Origin: Spirochaetia bacterium
GTDB lineage: Bacteria; Spirochaetota; Spirochaetia; SZUA-6; Bin103
Reading direction: 5' to 3'
Length of the DNA stretch: 64,000 nucleotides
NCBI GenBank assembly: GCA_965203055.1
Contig: OZ241863.1
Location: 4,224,001 to 4,288,000 of the forward strand
Shown here: positions 8,627 to 17,368 of the stretch, piece after piece
How the letters are laid out: each line of letters begins with the position of its first letter
Position numbering within the stretch: position 1 is the first letter of the stretch
The notes under the pieces: model-generated
Database searches by the model: none
Told to the model about the DNA's origin: nothing
Seen by the model: only the letters and a program-made list of their open reading frames with translations
Made by a program: the position numbers and the translations under genes

Positions 8627-10666
8627 CTACTGCGCGTCGAACACCACCATGCCGTGGCCGTCGCGCAGGGTCACCCGCACGTGGGCGTAGCCGGCGCGGT
8701 ACTCCACCGGCAGGGCCGCGCCGTGCGGTTGCAGCGCTGCCCGGCGGGGCGCGGCCGGCAGCTTGACGGCGAGCCGCTGGTCGAGCAGCGGGACCGCATC
8801 CTCCACGATGTCCAGCCCCTGGGCGCGGCCGCGGGGCTGGTCGAACGACTCCGAGCGCCGCTCGCGGGCGAAGCACAGCAGGTGCACCACGGTGCGCGTC
8901 CCGGCCCGCACCACGCTGGTCTCCAGGAGCGACGGCGCCGCCGGCGCGCGCAGCAGCGGCGCCGGCAGCAGCAGGTCGATGCAGTTGCCCAGCAGCCGGC
9001 GGTGCGCCGGCACGGCGTGGCGCCCGTAGGTGCCCAGGATCGGCAGGGCGAAGGTAATCACCCGGCCGTTGCGCACCACCGCCGAGTAGGGCGAGACGTG
9101 CGCCGGCGGGGTATAGGAGTGGCCCGAGAAGCGCGCGAAGTGACGCTCGAAGTAGGGCTCCACCACGCCGACCAGCGGCTCCGCGGCGCCCGTCGGCCGG
9201 ATGCGCGGGCCGGACTCGTAGGTCACGTGGTCATACCTCGGATTACCGTCCGCCACGGCCGCGGCCAGGCGCAGAAAGGTGTGGGAAAAGGGACTGGGGC
9301 CGCAGCCGGTGACGCCCTGCTCCTCCAACACCGGCTCGCCCTGGGCGGTCAATCCCGCCCGGCCCGAGAGAATCAGCGCGCCGCCCTGCGCCAGGTAGCC
9401 GCGCAGCGCCGCGCGCAGGGTCTCGTCCACGGTGGTGGTCTCCGGCACCAGCACCAGCTCGTAGCGGTCGAGCGGGGCGTCCGGCGGCACCACGTCGAAC
9501 TGCTGCCGGAGCTGCTGCAGCGCGCGGGTAGCGCCCAGACCGGCGGCGCCGGGATCGTCGCCCAGCTCCGGGTCCACCAGCAGCGCGATCTGGCTGAGCA
9601 CGGCGCCGCCGGCAACGAACGGTTCGCACGCCTCGAGATGGGCGTACACCCCGCCGATCAGGTCGTATACCGCCGCCTGCGGGACCCCGCGCGGGTGCAG
9701 CAGATCGCCGATGCCGGCCGTCATGCCCTGGCTCAGCGCCTGGCAACACTCGTACTTCAGCGCCGCCGGCGGCTTGAGGCCGGCGTTGTCGCCCCAGCTC
9801 TTGAAGAAGCGCCCGGTGTGGGTCAGGGTCGGCAGGCCGAAGGGGCGGACGAAGCGCGCCACGTAGGGGAAGTAGGCGTAGCCCCAGCCGCCGGTGGGCA
9901 GCGCCTCGATCTCCACCCGGCGCAGGAACTGCTTCTCCACCTGCAGGTTGGTCTTGGGGCGCGAGTTGAACCAGATGCCGAAGTGGTCGGCGCCCGCGCC
10001 CGCGGTCTCCACCATGGCGCTGAAGCGGCGCATGTAGTCGAGCGCGACCTGCCGGGCGTAGCGCGCCCGGTGCTCGGCCAGGCGCGGGTCCAGGTTGCGC
10101 CGCGCCATCCCCTCCAGCGCCCACCTGGACACGCTCGGCTGATCCCAGCACATGTCGAGGAAGATGCCGTCCACCGGGCGGTAGAGGTCCAGGATCTCCT
10201 TGATCTGCTCCGCCAGGTACTCCTGGTAGGGACTCGACATGTCCAGCACCTGCCAGCCTGCGTGCAGCGCCGCGCCCTGGTCGCCGGGCCAGTCGCGCGG
10301 CAGGTGCTTGACCCGGCGGCCGTCGGGATCGATGGCCACCCACTCGGGATGCGTGTTGGCGGCGTACTCGTTGACCTGGCCGGAGATGTAGATGGGCGCG
10401 CGCAGGCCGGCGCGGCGCAGCGCCTCGATCTGGGAGCCGGTCAGGTCCAGGCCGGGGGGCAGGTTGGGGTGCCGGCAGGGATGGCCGGTGCGATAGTAGG
10501 CGTGCCCGTGATGGCAGGTGGCGAACACCGTGACGCTGTCCACGTGAGCATCCTTGAAGGTCTGCGCGAAGCGCTCGGCGGCGAAGTCCCGCGCCACGTC
10601 CGGGACCTCCGGTCCGGTGTGGAAGTCGAGGTGGACGGTGCGCAGCGGGAAGGAGAAGTCGGGCAT
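8627..10666 (-). CDS. Glycoside hydrolase, GHL6/GH151-like with beta-galactosidase trimerisation domain
   Basis: VHLDFHT, VDSVTVFATCHHG, DGIFLD, EALPTGGWGY, TGRFFKSWGD. Confidence 0.75.
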   Translation of the reverse strand: MPDFSFPLRTVHLDFHTGPEVPDVARDFAAERFAQTFKDAHVDSVTVFATCHHGHAYYRTGHPCRHPNLPPGLDLTGSQIEALRRAGLRAPIYISGQVNEYAANTHPEWVAIDPDGRRVKHLPRDWPGDQGAALHAGWQVLDMSSPYQEYLAEQIKEILDLYRPVDGIFLDMCWDQPSVSRWALEGMARRNLDPRLAEHRARYARQVALDYMRRFSAMVETAGAGADHFGIWFNSRPKTNLQVEKQFLRRVEIEALPTGGWGYAYFPYVARFVRPFGLPTLTHTGRFFKSWGDNAGLKPPAALKYECCQALSQGMTAGIGDLLHPRGVPQAAVYDLIGGVYAHLEACEPFVAGGAVLSQIALLVDPELGDDPGAAGLGATRALQQLRQQFDVVPPDAPLDRYELVLVPETTTVDETLRAALRGYLAQGGALILSGRAGLTAQGEPVLEEQGVTGCGPSPFSHTFLRLAAAVADGNPRYDHVTYESGPRIRPTGAAEPLVGVVEPYFERHFARFSGHSYTPPAHVSPYSAVVRNGRVITFALPILGTYGRHAVPAHRRLLGNCIDLLLPAPLLRAPAAPSLLETSVVRAGTRTVVHLLCFARERRSESFDQPRGRAQGLDIVEDAVPLLDQRLAVKLPAAPRRAALQPHGAALPVEYRAGYAHVRVTLRDGHGMVVFDAQ

Positions 10667-10750
10667 GGGCCGGAGCCTACCCGGCCGCGCGCGCGACCGG
10701 CAAGCGCTTCTCCGCGCTCCGGCGCCTCGTTCCTGCGCCGGCGCCGCGGC

Positions 10751-10781
10751 TTCAACCTGCGGCCCGCCGCCGCAGGTTGAA
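10751..10781. repeat. Perfect 13-bp inverted repeat in divergent intergenic region
   Basis: TTCAACCTGCGGC-CCGCC-GCCGCAGGTTGAA. Confidence 0.75.
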
Positions 10782-10863
10782 ACCGGAAAGGCGGTACCGG
10801 GGGGTCGGTTTTGCCGGCGCCGGGGTCGATGATCTGAATAGACCGCCCGTAGCCCGACCGTCC

Positions 10864-11868
10864 ATGACTGCCCAGTCTCGCATCATTCTCGCAATCTCGG
10901 TCCTTACCGGCGTCGTCCTCGCCGGCACCGCGGGGTTCATGGTGATCGAAGGGTGGACCTTCGGCGACAGTCTCTTCATGGCGGTGATCACCGTGTCCAC
11001 GGTAGGTTACGGCGAGGTGCAGCCGCTGTCCCCCGCCGGGCGCGTGGTTGCCGTGGGGGTCATCCTGCTCGCGGTGGCGGCCCTCGGCTACTCGGCGACC
11101 ACCATCGGCGCCTATCTGGCCGAGGGACACCTGCTGCACGACTTCAGGAGGAGGCGCATGCAACGCACGATTCGCGGGCTCGACGACCACTACATCATCT
11201 GCGGCGGCGGCCGGTTCGGCCGCGAGGTGGCGGCCGAGTTCAGCCGCTCGCGCGCCAGCTACGTGGTGGTGGATCTGGCCCCGGACGAGTGCGACATGGC
11301 CGGGTTCGCAGGCGCGGTGTTCGTGCCCGGAGACGCGGGCAACGATGACGTGCTGCGGGCGGCCCGCGTCGACTGCGCGCGCGGGCTGGTGGCCGCGCTG
11401 CCGGCGGACGACGCCAACCTGTTCGTGGTGCTGACCGCGCGCCAACTCAACCGCGAGCTGACCATCATCGCCCAGGCGATCGAGCAGCGCTCCATCGAGA
11501 AACTGCGGCTGGCCGGCGCCAATCAGGTGCTGTCACCCTACCGCATCGCCGGTCACAGCATGGCCTCGGCCCTGCTGCGCCCCACGGTGGTGGACTTCAT
11601 CGACGTGGCGCACCGCGAACGCGCCGGCTTGCAGATCGAGGAGGTGCTGGTGCCGGCGCAATCGCCGCTGATCGGCAGCTCGATCCGGGAGGCGAAGGTG
11701 AGCGACCGCACCGGCGCCACCGTGATGGCCATGCAGACCGCGTCCGGCGACTGGGTCAATACCTCCGAGTCAGCTACCCTGCTGACCACGCCGATCCGGG
11801 CGCGGAACGTGCTGATCGCGGTAGGCACCGACGACCAACTGAACGCCCTGCGCCGCCTGGTAGACTGA
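10864..11868 (+). CDS. Potassium channel with RCK (TrkA-N/TrkA-C) domains
   Basis: Two TM helices, TVGYG filter, GGGRFG nucleotide-binding motif. Confidence 0.93.
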   Translation: MTAQSRIILAISVLTGVVLAGTAGFMVIEGWTFGDSLFMAVITVSTVGYGEVQPLSPAGRVVAVGVILLAVAALGYSATTIGAYLAEGHLLHDFRRRRMQRTIRGLDDHYIICGGGRFGREVAAEFSRSRASYVVVDLAPDECDMAGFAGAVFVPGDAGNDDVLRAARVDCARGLVAALPADDANLFVVLTARQLNRELTIIAQAIEQRSIEKLRLAGANQVLSPYRIAGHSMASALLRPTVVDFIDVAHRERAGLQIEEVLVPAQSPLIGSSIREAKVSDRTGATVMAMQTASGDWVNTSESATLLTTPIRARNVLIAVGTDDQLNALRRLVD

Positions 11869-11880
11869 ATCCCCTGATCC

Positions 11881-11923
11881 GGAGGACGGAAACGGCGTCG
11901 GATGCAGGCCGCTTCCGTCCTCC
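11881..11923. terminator. Hairpin between convergent genes (probable bidirectional terminator)
   Basis: GGAGGACGGAA...TTCCGTCCTCC. Confidence 0.6.
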
Positions 11924-11930
11924 CAAGAGC

Positions 11931-13121
11931 CTACGCGGCGAGCATCCCGTGGGGGTCGATGACGAACTTCTTGGCCGCGCCGCGGTCGAAGTCCTGGTAG
12001 CCCTGCGGCCCCTCGTCCAGCGAAATCACCGTCACCCCGACGTTATCGGCCACGCTCACCTTGTCGTACAGGATCGCCTGCATGAGCTGGCGGTTGTAGC
12101 GCATCACCGGGCACTGGCCGGTGGTGAAGTGATGGGACTTGGCCCAGCCGAGACCGATGCGGATTCCGAGGTTGCCGATCTTGGCGTTGGCGTCGACGCC
12201 GCCGGGATCGCCGGTCACGTAGAGTCCCGGAATGCCGATGCCGCCGCCGGCGCGGGTCACTTCCATGACCGAGTTGAGCACCGTCGCCGGCTGCTCCACC
12301 ACCGCGTCCTTGCCGTGGCCGCGCGCTTCGAAGCCGACGCAGTCCACCGCCTGATCCACTTCCGGCTCGCCCACGATCTGTTCGATCTGCTCGCCCAGGG
12401 TGGCGTCCAGGCGCAAGTCCACGGTCTCGCAGCCGAAGCTGCGCGCCTGCTCCAGGCGCTCCGGGATCATGTCGCCGACGATCACCAGCGCGGCGCCCAG
12501 GAGCTGGCAGCCGGTGGCGCAGGCCAGGCCCACCGGGCCGCCGCCGGCCACGTAGACGATCGAACCGGGCCCCACGCCGGCGCTGCAGGCGCCGTGGAAT
12601 CCGGTGGGGAAGATGTCGGAGAGCAGCGTCAGGTCGCGGATCTTGGCCATGGTGACGTCGCGTTCCGGCAGCTTGAGCAGGTTGAAGTCGGCGTACGGCA
12701 CCATTACGTACTCCGCCTGGCCGCCGACCCAGCCGCCCATGTCCACGTAGCCGTAGGCGGCGCCGGGACGGGCGGGATTCACGTGCAGGCAGATGCCGGT
12801 CTTCCCCTCCTTGCAGTTGCGGCAGCGCCCGCAGGCAATGTTGAACGGCACCGACACGATGTCGCCCACCTCGATGAACTCGACGTCATGGCCCGCTTCG
12901 ATCACCTCGCCGGTGATCTCATGGCCCAGGATCAGGCCGGCGGGCGCGGTGGTGCGGCCGCGCACCATGTGCTGGTCGCTGCCGCAGATGTTGGTGGAGA
13001 CGATCTTGAGAATGACCCCATGGTCGCACTTGCGGTCTCCCAGCGCGAGCTCGGGATAGTCGATGGTCTGAATCTCCACGACCCCCGGCTTGACGTAGGC
13101 AAGCCCTCTGTTACCAGGCAT
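11931..13121 (-). CDS. fdhA: Glutathione-independent formaldehyde dehydrogenase
   Basis: TNICGSDQHMVRGRT, GHEITGE, CGRCRNC, LSDIFPTG, GQCPVMRY, KKFVIDPH. Confidence 0.93.
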   Translation of the reverse strand: MPGNRGLAYVKPGVVEIQTIDYPELALGDRKCDHGVILKIVSTNICGSDQHMVRGRTTAPAGLILGHEITGEVIEAGHDVEFIEVGDIVSVPFNIACGRCRNCKEGKTGICLHVNPARPGAAYGYVDMGGWVGGQAEYVMVPYADFNLLKLPERDVTMAKIRDLTLLSDIFPTGFHGACSAGVGPGSIVYVAGGGPVGLACATGCQLLGAALVIVGDMIPERLEQARSFGCETVDLRLDATLGEQIEQIVGEPEVDQAVDCVGFEARGHGKDAVVEQPATVLNSVMEVTRAGGGIGIPGLYVTGDPGGVDANAKIGNLGIRIGLGWAKSHHFTTGQCPVMRYNRQLMQAILYDKVSVADNVGVTVISLDEGPQGYQDFDRGAAKKFVIDPHGMLAA

Positions 13122-13227
13122 GTGTACCTCCCCTGGATGGTTTTGGCCGATGCTACCACCGGAACCGGCGGCGCGCCACACGGTGCGCCCGCAGCCCGCA
13201 GCCGGCCGCGCCGGACGAGGGGCGCCG

Positions 13228-13446
13228 TCAGCGCGCGGCGCCGGCGCCGGTCTCCTCTTCGGCTTCCTCTTCGTCGGCCTCATCTTCCACGTCCCCGGGA
13301 AGATTGAGGCCGCGGTACTCTGCGATCAGCGTCTCCGTGTCATGCTCCACCGGATTCGCTCTCCGTTCGCGCTTGCGTTCGCGCCGCTCGGCGCGCGCCA
13401 GTTCCCGGCGCCGCTTCTGCGCACTGTGCTTGGAGCGTCTTGCCAC
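13228..13446 (-). CDS. Small protein, basic N-terminus and acidic C-terminus
   Basis: GTG after AAGGGGG; ARRSKHSAQKRRRELARAERRERK...DEADEEEAEEE. Confidence 0.6.
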   Translation of the reverse strand: MARRSKHSAQKRRRELARAERRERKRERRANPVEHDTETLIAEYRGLNLPGDVEDEADEEEAEEETGAGAAR

Positions 13447-13779
13447 CTGTCCCCCTTCGGTAGGTCGGAGCCGCACGGCCTAGTCTGGCTCGCTTGGTAC
13501 GGGCAGATGCTCGCGGCGCCTTACTTCCTCTCAGTAGCAGCAAGAATACCATAGGTCCACTGCGTCCACAAGCGCAACCGGCAGGCAGGCGCACCGACGC
13601 GGCCCCGAACAGCCTCGGCAGCATGGAATTTCCTGGCAGGCAACCGAACCGGCGCCGACGATGACGCTCCACTACCCAACCTTCAAAGCGGATGGGCGGC
13701 GAGCCGCACGACCGGCTGGTGCTCCACTTGCACCGTTTGAGCAGATGGAGTCGGTCGTCACCGCCACGATCGGCCATAA

Positions 13780-14184
13780 TCACGACTCTGTGACGATCAC
13801 AAGTCCGCTAATATCCTCAAAGTGCCGGGGGTTATGTGTTACTAGAGGCATCTCATGGCGTACGGCACACGCTGCAATCCATGCATCGTTCGGGGAAATG
13901 GGACTTCCGTGCCCTTGTCGCTCCGCGACCAATCGGCCGTAGCAGCGCGCGATTCTGTCGTCATACGGAATGACATAAAATCTACGTAATAGACGCTCGA
14001 GAGCCTTCAGTTTGTCCTCGCTCCAGCGAGCCTTCTCAGCACCGAAATAGAGCTCACCAATAGTGATGAAAGCGACAGTCTGCAGTCTCCCCTGGAGGTG
14101 TCTTTCATACTTCATCGCGAGTGAGTGGCCTTTCATAATATACGATACGATGTTTGTGTCGAGGACCAATCGATCGGGTTTCAT
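13780..14184 (-). CDS. vapC: PIN domain ribonuclease (VapC-like toxin)
   Basis: VLDTNIVSY, TIGELYFG, NDAWIAACA, LVTHNPRHF. Confidence 0.93.
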   Translation of the reverse strand: MKPDRLVLDTNIVSYIMKGHSLAMKYERHLQGRLQTVAFITIGELYFGAEKARWSEDKLKALERLLRRFYVIPYDDRIARCYGRLVAERQGHGSPISPNDAWIAACAVRHEMPLVTHNPRHFEDISGLVIVTES

Positions 14185-14849
14185 GGATCCTCGTGCCCGT
14201 AATCAGAATGGCGCAGAGCGTCGATCTCCGCCTCAAAGTCGTCGCTTTCATCACCTGGCCACGTGCCGTAAAGCTCTCTAATGTCTGATAACGGCTCTAC
14301 GTTCTGTGAACGCAACAACGTATCCAGATCTGGAGAATCCCAGAACGAATAACCCATTTCGGCCGGTATCGAGTAGCCTGCTTGATCTTCTTTCGGAGTT
14401 CTTACCGTTGGATAGTCATCTATGTCAGAATCGTTGAGATTCCAGCTCCTTCGGAGCTGCTCTGCGCGATCGCTCTGCTTCCGGGCTTGCTGTTGATTTT
14501 CCGTCAGTACAGGTGCAGTCTTCAGTTGGGAGTATATTCGTTTCAAGTCGTCGTCACTGTAAGGTGTGGTGTCTCTGACCACCTCAAGTTGACGGGGATA
14601 GTCGGCGCGCCGACGCAGTAGCAAACGAGCAAAGATTACGAGTTCGTCACCGGCAATGGCATGCAGTCGCGCGATGAGTCGGAAGGGCCGGCCGACCTTT
14701 TTTTTGAGTACGGTGGCTGACAGAAAGTCGAAACCCGAAAGATTTTGGGCCGTTTCGATCTGCTCCTTTATCTTACTGAGTCGTGATTCAAGGCCAAGGC
14801 CCTGTGCCTCTGTTCTGCATTCGTCGGTGATATGTACGTAACGGGTCAC
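14181..14849 (-). CDS. 222-aa two-domain protein coupled to vapC (candidate antitoxin with extra N-terminal domain)
   Basis: AAGGAG then GTG 14849; ATGA overlap with vapC; acidic tail FWDSPDLDTL...GTWPGDESDDFEAEI. Confidence 0.7.
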   Translation of the reverse strand: MTRYVHITDECRTEAQGLGLESRLSKIKEQIETAQNLSGFDFLSATVLKKKVGRPFRLIARLHAIAGDELVIFARLLLRRRADYPRQLEVVRDTTPYSDDDLKRIYSQLKTAPVLTENQQQARKQSDRAEQLRRSWNLNDSDIDDYPTVRTPKEDQAGYSIPAEMGYSFWDSPDLDTLLRSQNVEPLSDIRELYGTWPGDESDDFEAEIDALRHSDYGHEDP

Positions 14850-14968
14850 GTATCGACTCCTTGGCTCAACGCCGCGCCTTGAACAGGGAACGGGCATCGT
14901 ACATCGTCAAGCAGTTGATCTAACAAACCATAGGGAGGACGTGCGCCGTGTGTCAAACGGCTCGGTAG

Positions 14969-15751
14969 TTAGTCGAAGAAGCCCTTGGGGGCGGCGGCGG
15001 CCTCCAGCTCGGCCACCTGCTGCGCCATCCAGGCGTCGTAGCCGCTGCGGTCGTGCACGGTAAAGAAGCCGCGCATGCGGTAGTGGCCCAGGCCGCAGAG
15101 CTGGGCGCAGGCGATCTCCCACTCGCCGGTCTCGGTAGCGGTAAAGCTCAAGGGGATGGTCATGCCGGGAATGGCGTCCTGCTTGACCCGCATTTCCGGG
15201 AGAAAGAAGCTGTGCACCACGTCGAAGCTCAGCAGCTCGATGCGGACCGCGGTGTCCACCGGCACGTGGAGCTGGTTTATCGTGGTGATGTCGTCCTTGG
15301 CGAACACGTCGTTGCGGTCCAGCCCCAGAGGGTTGACCTCGGCATCCACCAGGTCCACGGCGGTAGCGCCGAACACGCCGTCGGCGCCCGGGTAGTGGAT
15401 GTTCCAGGCGAATTGCTGGCCCACCACGCGGATGGTGAGCGCCTCGTCCGCGGGGACCGGATTGGCCACCTGCCGCGCCCACACCGGAACCGACAGGCCG
15501 AACAGCAACGCCACTTCGATGACCGCCACCGCGCCTTCGACGTAACGCGACAGATGGCTGTGGGTGCCGTGATAGTTGGCGCGCGGCTGCTTGCGCCGGC
15601 GGAACCGCACCAGGATGTAGCAGAAGAAGATCCCCCAGCCCACGAACAGCACCAGCATCAGCAGGTGCACCCAGCCGATCAGGGAGTCGACCTGCCCGGC
15701 GTGGGCGGAGGCCGCCGGCGGCAGCCCCAGGGAGCGTGCGAACTCGATCAT
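14969..15751 (-). CDS. coxB: Cytochrome c oxidase subunit II
   Basis: Two TMs, GQQFAW, DVVHSF, CuA motif CAQLCGLGHYRM. Confidence 0.95.
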   Translation of the reverse strand: MIEFARSLGLPPAASAHAGQVDSLIGWVHLLMLVLFVGWGIFFCYILVRFRRRKQPRANYHGTHSHLSRYVEGAVAVIEVALLFGLSVPVWARQVANPVPADEALTIRVVGQQFAWNIHYPGADGVFGATAVDLVDAEVNPLGLDRNDVFAKDDITTINQLHVPVDTAVRIELLSFDVVHSFFLPEMRVKQDAIPGMTIPLSFTATETGEWEIACAQLCGLGHYRMRGFFTVHDRSGYDAWMAQQVAELEAAAAPKGFFD

Positions 15752-15752
15752 C

Positions 15753-16064
15753 TCAAGGTGCCTCCGTAGCCTGGCCGTGCAGCCGCCGCACGTGCAGCCG
15801 CCGCGCCCGCCGGCGCGCGGCGATCAGGAACGCGCCCATGCCGGCGAACACCAGGCCCACCATCGCCAGCAGCAGCAGGATTCCGGCCTGCAGCCCCTGC
15901 ATCGCCGCCGGCTCCGCGGCGCCGAAGCAGACCGCGCAGGCCGCGGCCGGCGGCGCCGCCAGCACGCTCAGCAGCCACCCCGCCGCGCCCGCGGCCGGCA
16001 ACGCCGCCAGGCGGCGCGCGCCGCGGCGCGTCAGGCGCGCCTCCCTGCCGCGGCGGTCGCCCAT
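15753..16064 (-). CDS. Small exported/membrane protein with CxxC in cox operon
   Basis: Signal-like region, ACAVCFG, one TM; packed tightly in the operon. Confidence 0.7.
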   Translation of the reverse strand: MGDRRGREARLTRRGARRLAALPAAGAAGWLLSVLAAPPAAACAVCFGAAEPAAMQGLQAGILLLLAMVGLVFAGMGAFLIAARRRARRLHVRRLHGQATEAP

Positions 16065-16265
16065 TCAACGCACCTCCCGGAGGGCGGCCAGTACGCGCCG
16101 CTCCAGCGCCAGCACGCCGAGCAGGGCCAGCGCGGCGCCGGTACCGCCGGCGATGGCCAGCACCGGGTCGCGGTTGGCGAAATGGGCGAAGCACCACACC
16201 GACAGGAACGCCAGCCCCGCGCAGGCGCAGGCGATGAACACCACGTGGACCACCTTCAACGACAT
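16065..16265 (-). CDS. Small 2-TM membrane protein in cox operon
   Basis: MSLKVVHVVFI; two hydrophobic segments. Confidence 0.7.
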   Translation of the reverse strand: MSLKVVHVVFIACACAGLAFLSVWCFAHFANRDPVLAIAGGTGAALALLGVLALERRVLAALREVR

Positions 16266-16326
16266 CCGCGCCCCCGCCGGCCGCCGGCCGCTCCGGCCAC
16301 CCGGACCAGCTTCCGCGCCGGGCGCG

Positions 16327-16371
16327 CCTCACCGGAGATCACCTCACCGGGGATCACCTCACTGGAGATCA
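16327..16371. repeat. 3 x 15-bp tandem repeat overlapping subunit IV stop codon
   Basis: CCTCACCGGAGATCA CCTCACCGGGGATCA CCTCACTGGAGATCA. Confidence 0.85.
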
Positions 16372-16740
16372 ATGGTGTTCCTCCGGCGCCGGCGCCGCGC
16401 CCGCGGCCCGCTCGCTGGCGAAGGTGTCGAAGTAGCCGAACACGAACAGCGCGATCATCACCACGAAGAACACCGCGGAGAAGATCAGCACCTTGAACAC
16501 AAAGGGGAACTTGTCGGAGAACAGGTGCATGAAGATGCCCGCCACCAGCGTCCCCTTGAGACTGGCCACTATCAGGGCCACGATCACGCCGGCCGTCACC
16601 GGCAAGTCCAGCCGGCTCACCGCCACCGTCACCACCGTCAGCAGCAGCAGCGACACGAATACCACGAAGTAGCTGCGCACCTCCCGGTGGACGTGTTCGG
16701 CCGTATGCTCCGCGTTCATGTTGCCCCCCGCCGCGCTCAT
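16369..16740 (-). CDS. Cytochrome c oxidase subunit IV family protein
   Basis: YFVVFVSLLLLTVVTV, VASLKGTLVAGIFMHL. Confidence 0.88.
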   Translation of the reverse strand: MSAAGGNMNAEHTAEHVHREVRSYFVVFVSLLLLTVVTVAVSRLDLPVTAGVIVALIVASLKGTLVAGIFMHLFSDKFPFVFKVLIFSAVFFVVMIALFVFGYFDTFASERAAGAAPAPEEHH

Positions 16741-16757
16741 CTATGATTGTCGCCCCG

Positions 16758-17360
16758 TCACAGGAGATACAGCACCGGAAACAGGAAGATCCATACCAGG
16801 TCTACGAAGTGCCAGTAGAGCCCCGCCACTTCGATGCGGTTGGCCATCTTGTCCGGGTTCTCGCGGTAGATGGCGGGCGCCGAGAACAGGTGGTAGGCGT
16901 TGACCGCGACGCCGAACAGGATGTGCAGCCCGTGGATCCCGGTCAGCGCAAAGTAGATGGCGAAGAAGGTGCTGGTGGCGGGGTAACGGCCGTGGGAGAA
17001 CTCCTCGCCGTACTCGAAGCCCTTGATCACCAGAAACGCGACCGCCAGCAGGATGGTCAGGCCGAAGTACACCTGGAACGCGCCGAAGCGCCGCAGCTTG
17101 AGCGACGCCCAGGCCATCACCATGGTAAGCGAGGAGCTGATCAGGACCGCGGTGTTGATGGTGGCCAGGGTGACGTTGAGGTAGTCGGCGCCGTAGGGCC
17201 AGCTCCCGGCCAGGCCGCCCGCGCCGATGCGCAGCAGGATGTAGGTGGAGAAGAAGGCGCCGAAGAACAGTACTTCGGAGGCCAGGAACAGCCAGATGCC
17301 GAGCTTGGCGTTGTAGACCCCGGTAACCGGATGGTCGTGTTGATCGTAGGGTATTTCCAT
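16758..17360 (-). CDS. coxC: Cytochrome c oxidase subunit III
   Basis: MEIPY start; KLGIWLFLASE, TGIHGLH, GLYWHFVDLVWIFLFP. Confidence 0.95.
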   Translation of the reverse strand: MEIPYDQHDHPVTGVYNAKLGIWLFLASEVLFFGAFFSTYILLRIGAGGLAGSWPYGADYLNVTLATINTAVLISSSLTMVMAWASLKLRRFGAFQVYFGLTILLAVAFLVIKGFEYGEEFSHGRYPATSTFFAIYFALTGIHGLHILFGVAVNAYHLFSAPAIYRENPDKMANRIEVAGLYWHFVDLVWIFLFPVLYLL

Positions 17361-17368
17361 CCGTCGCT

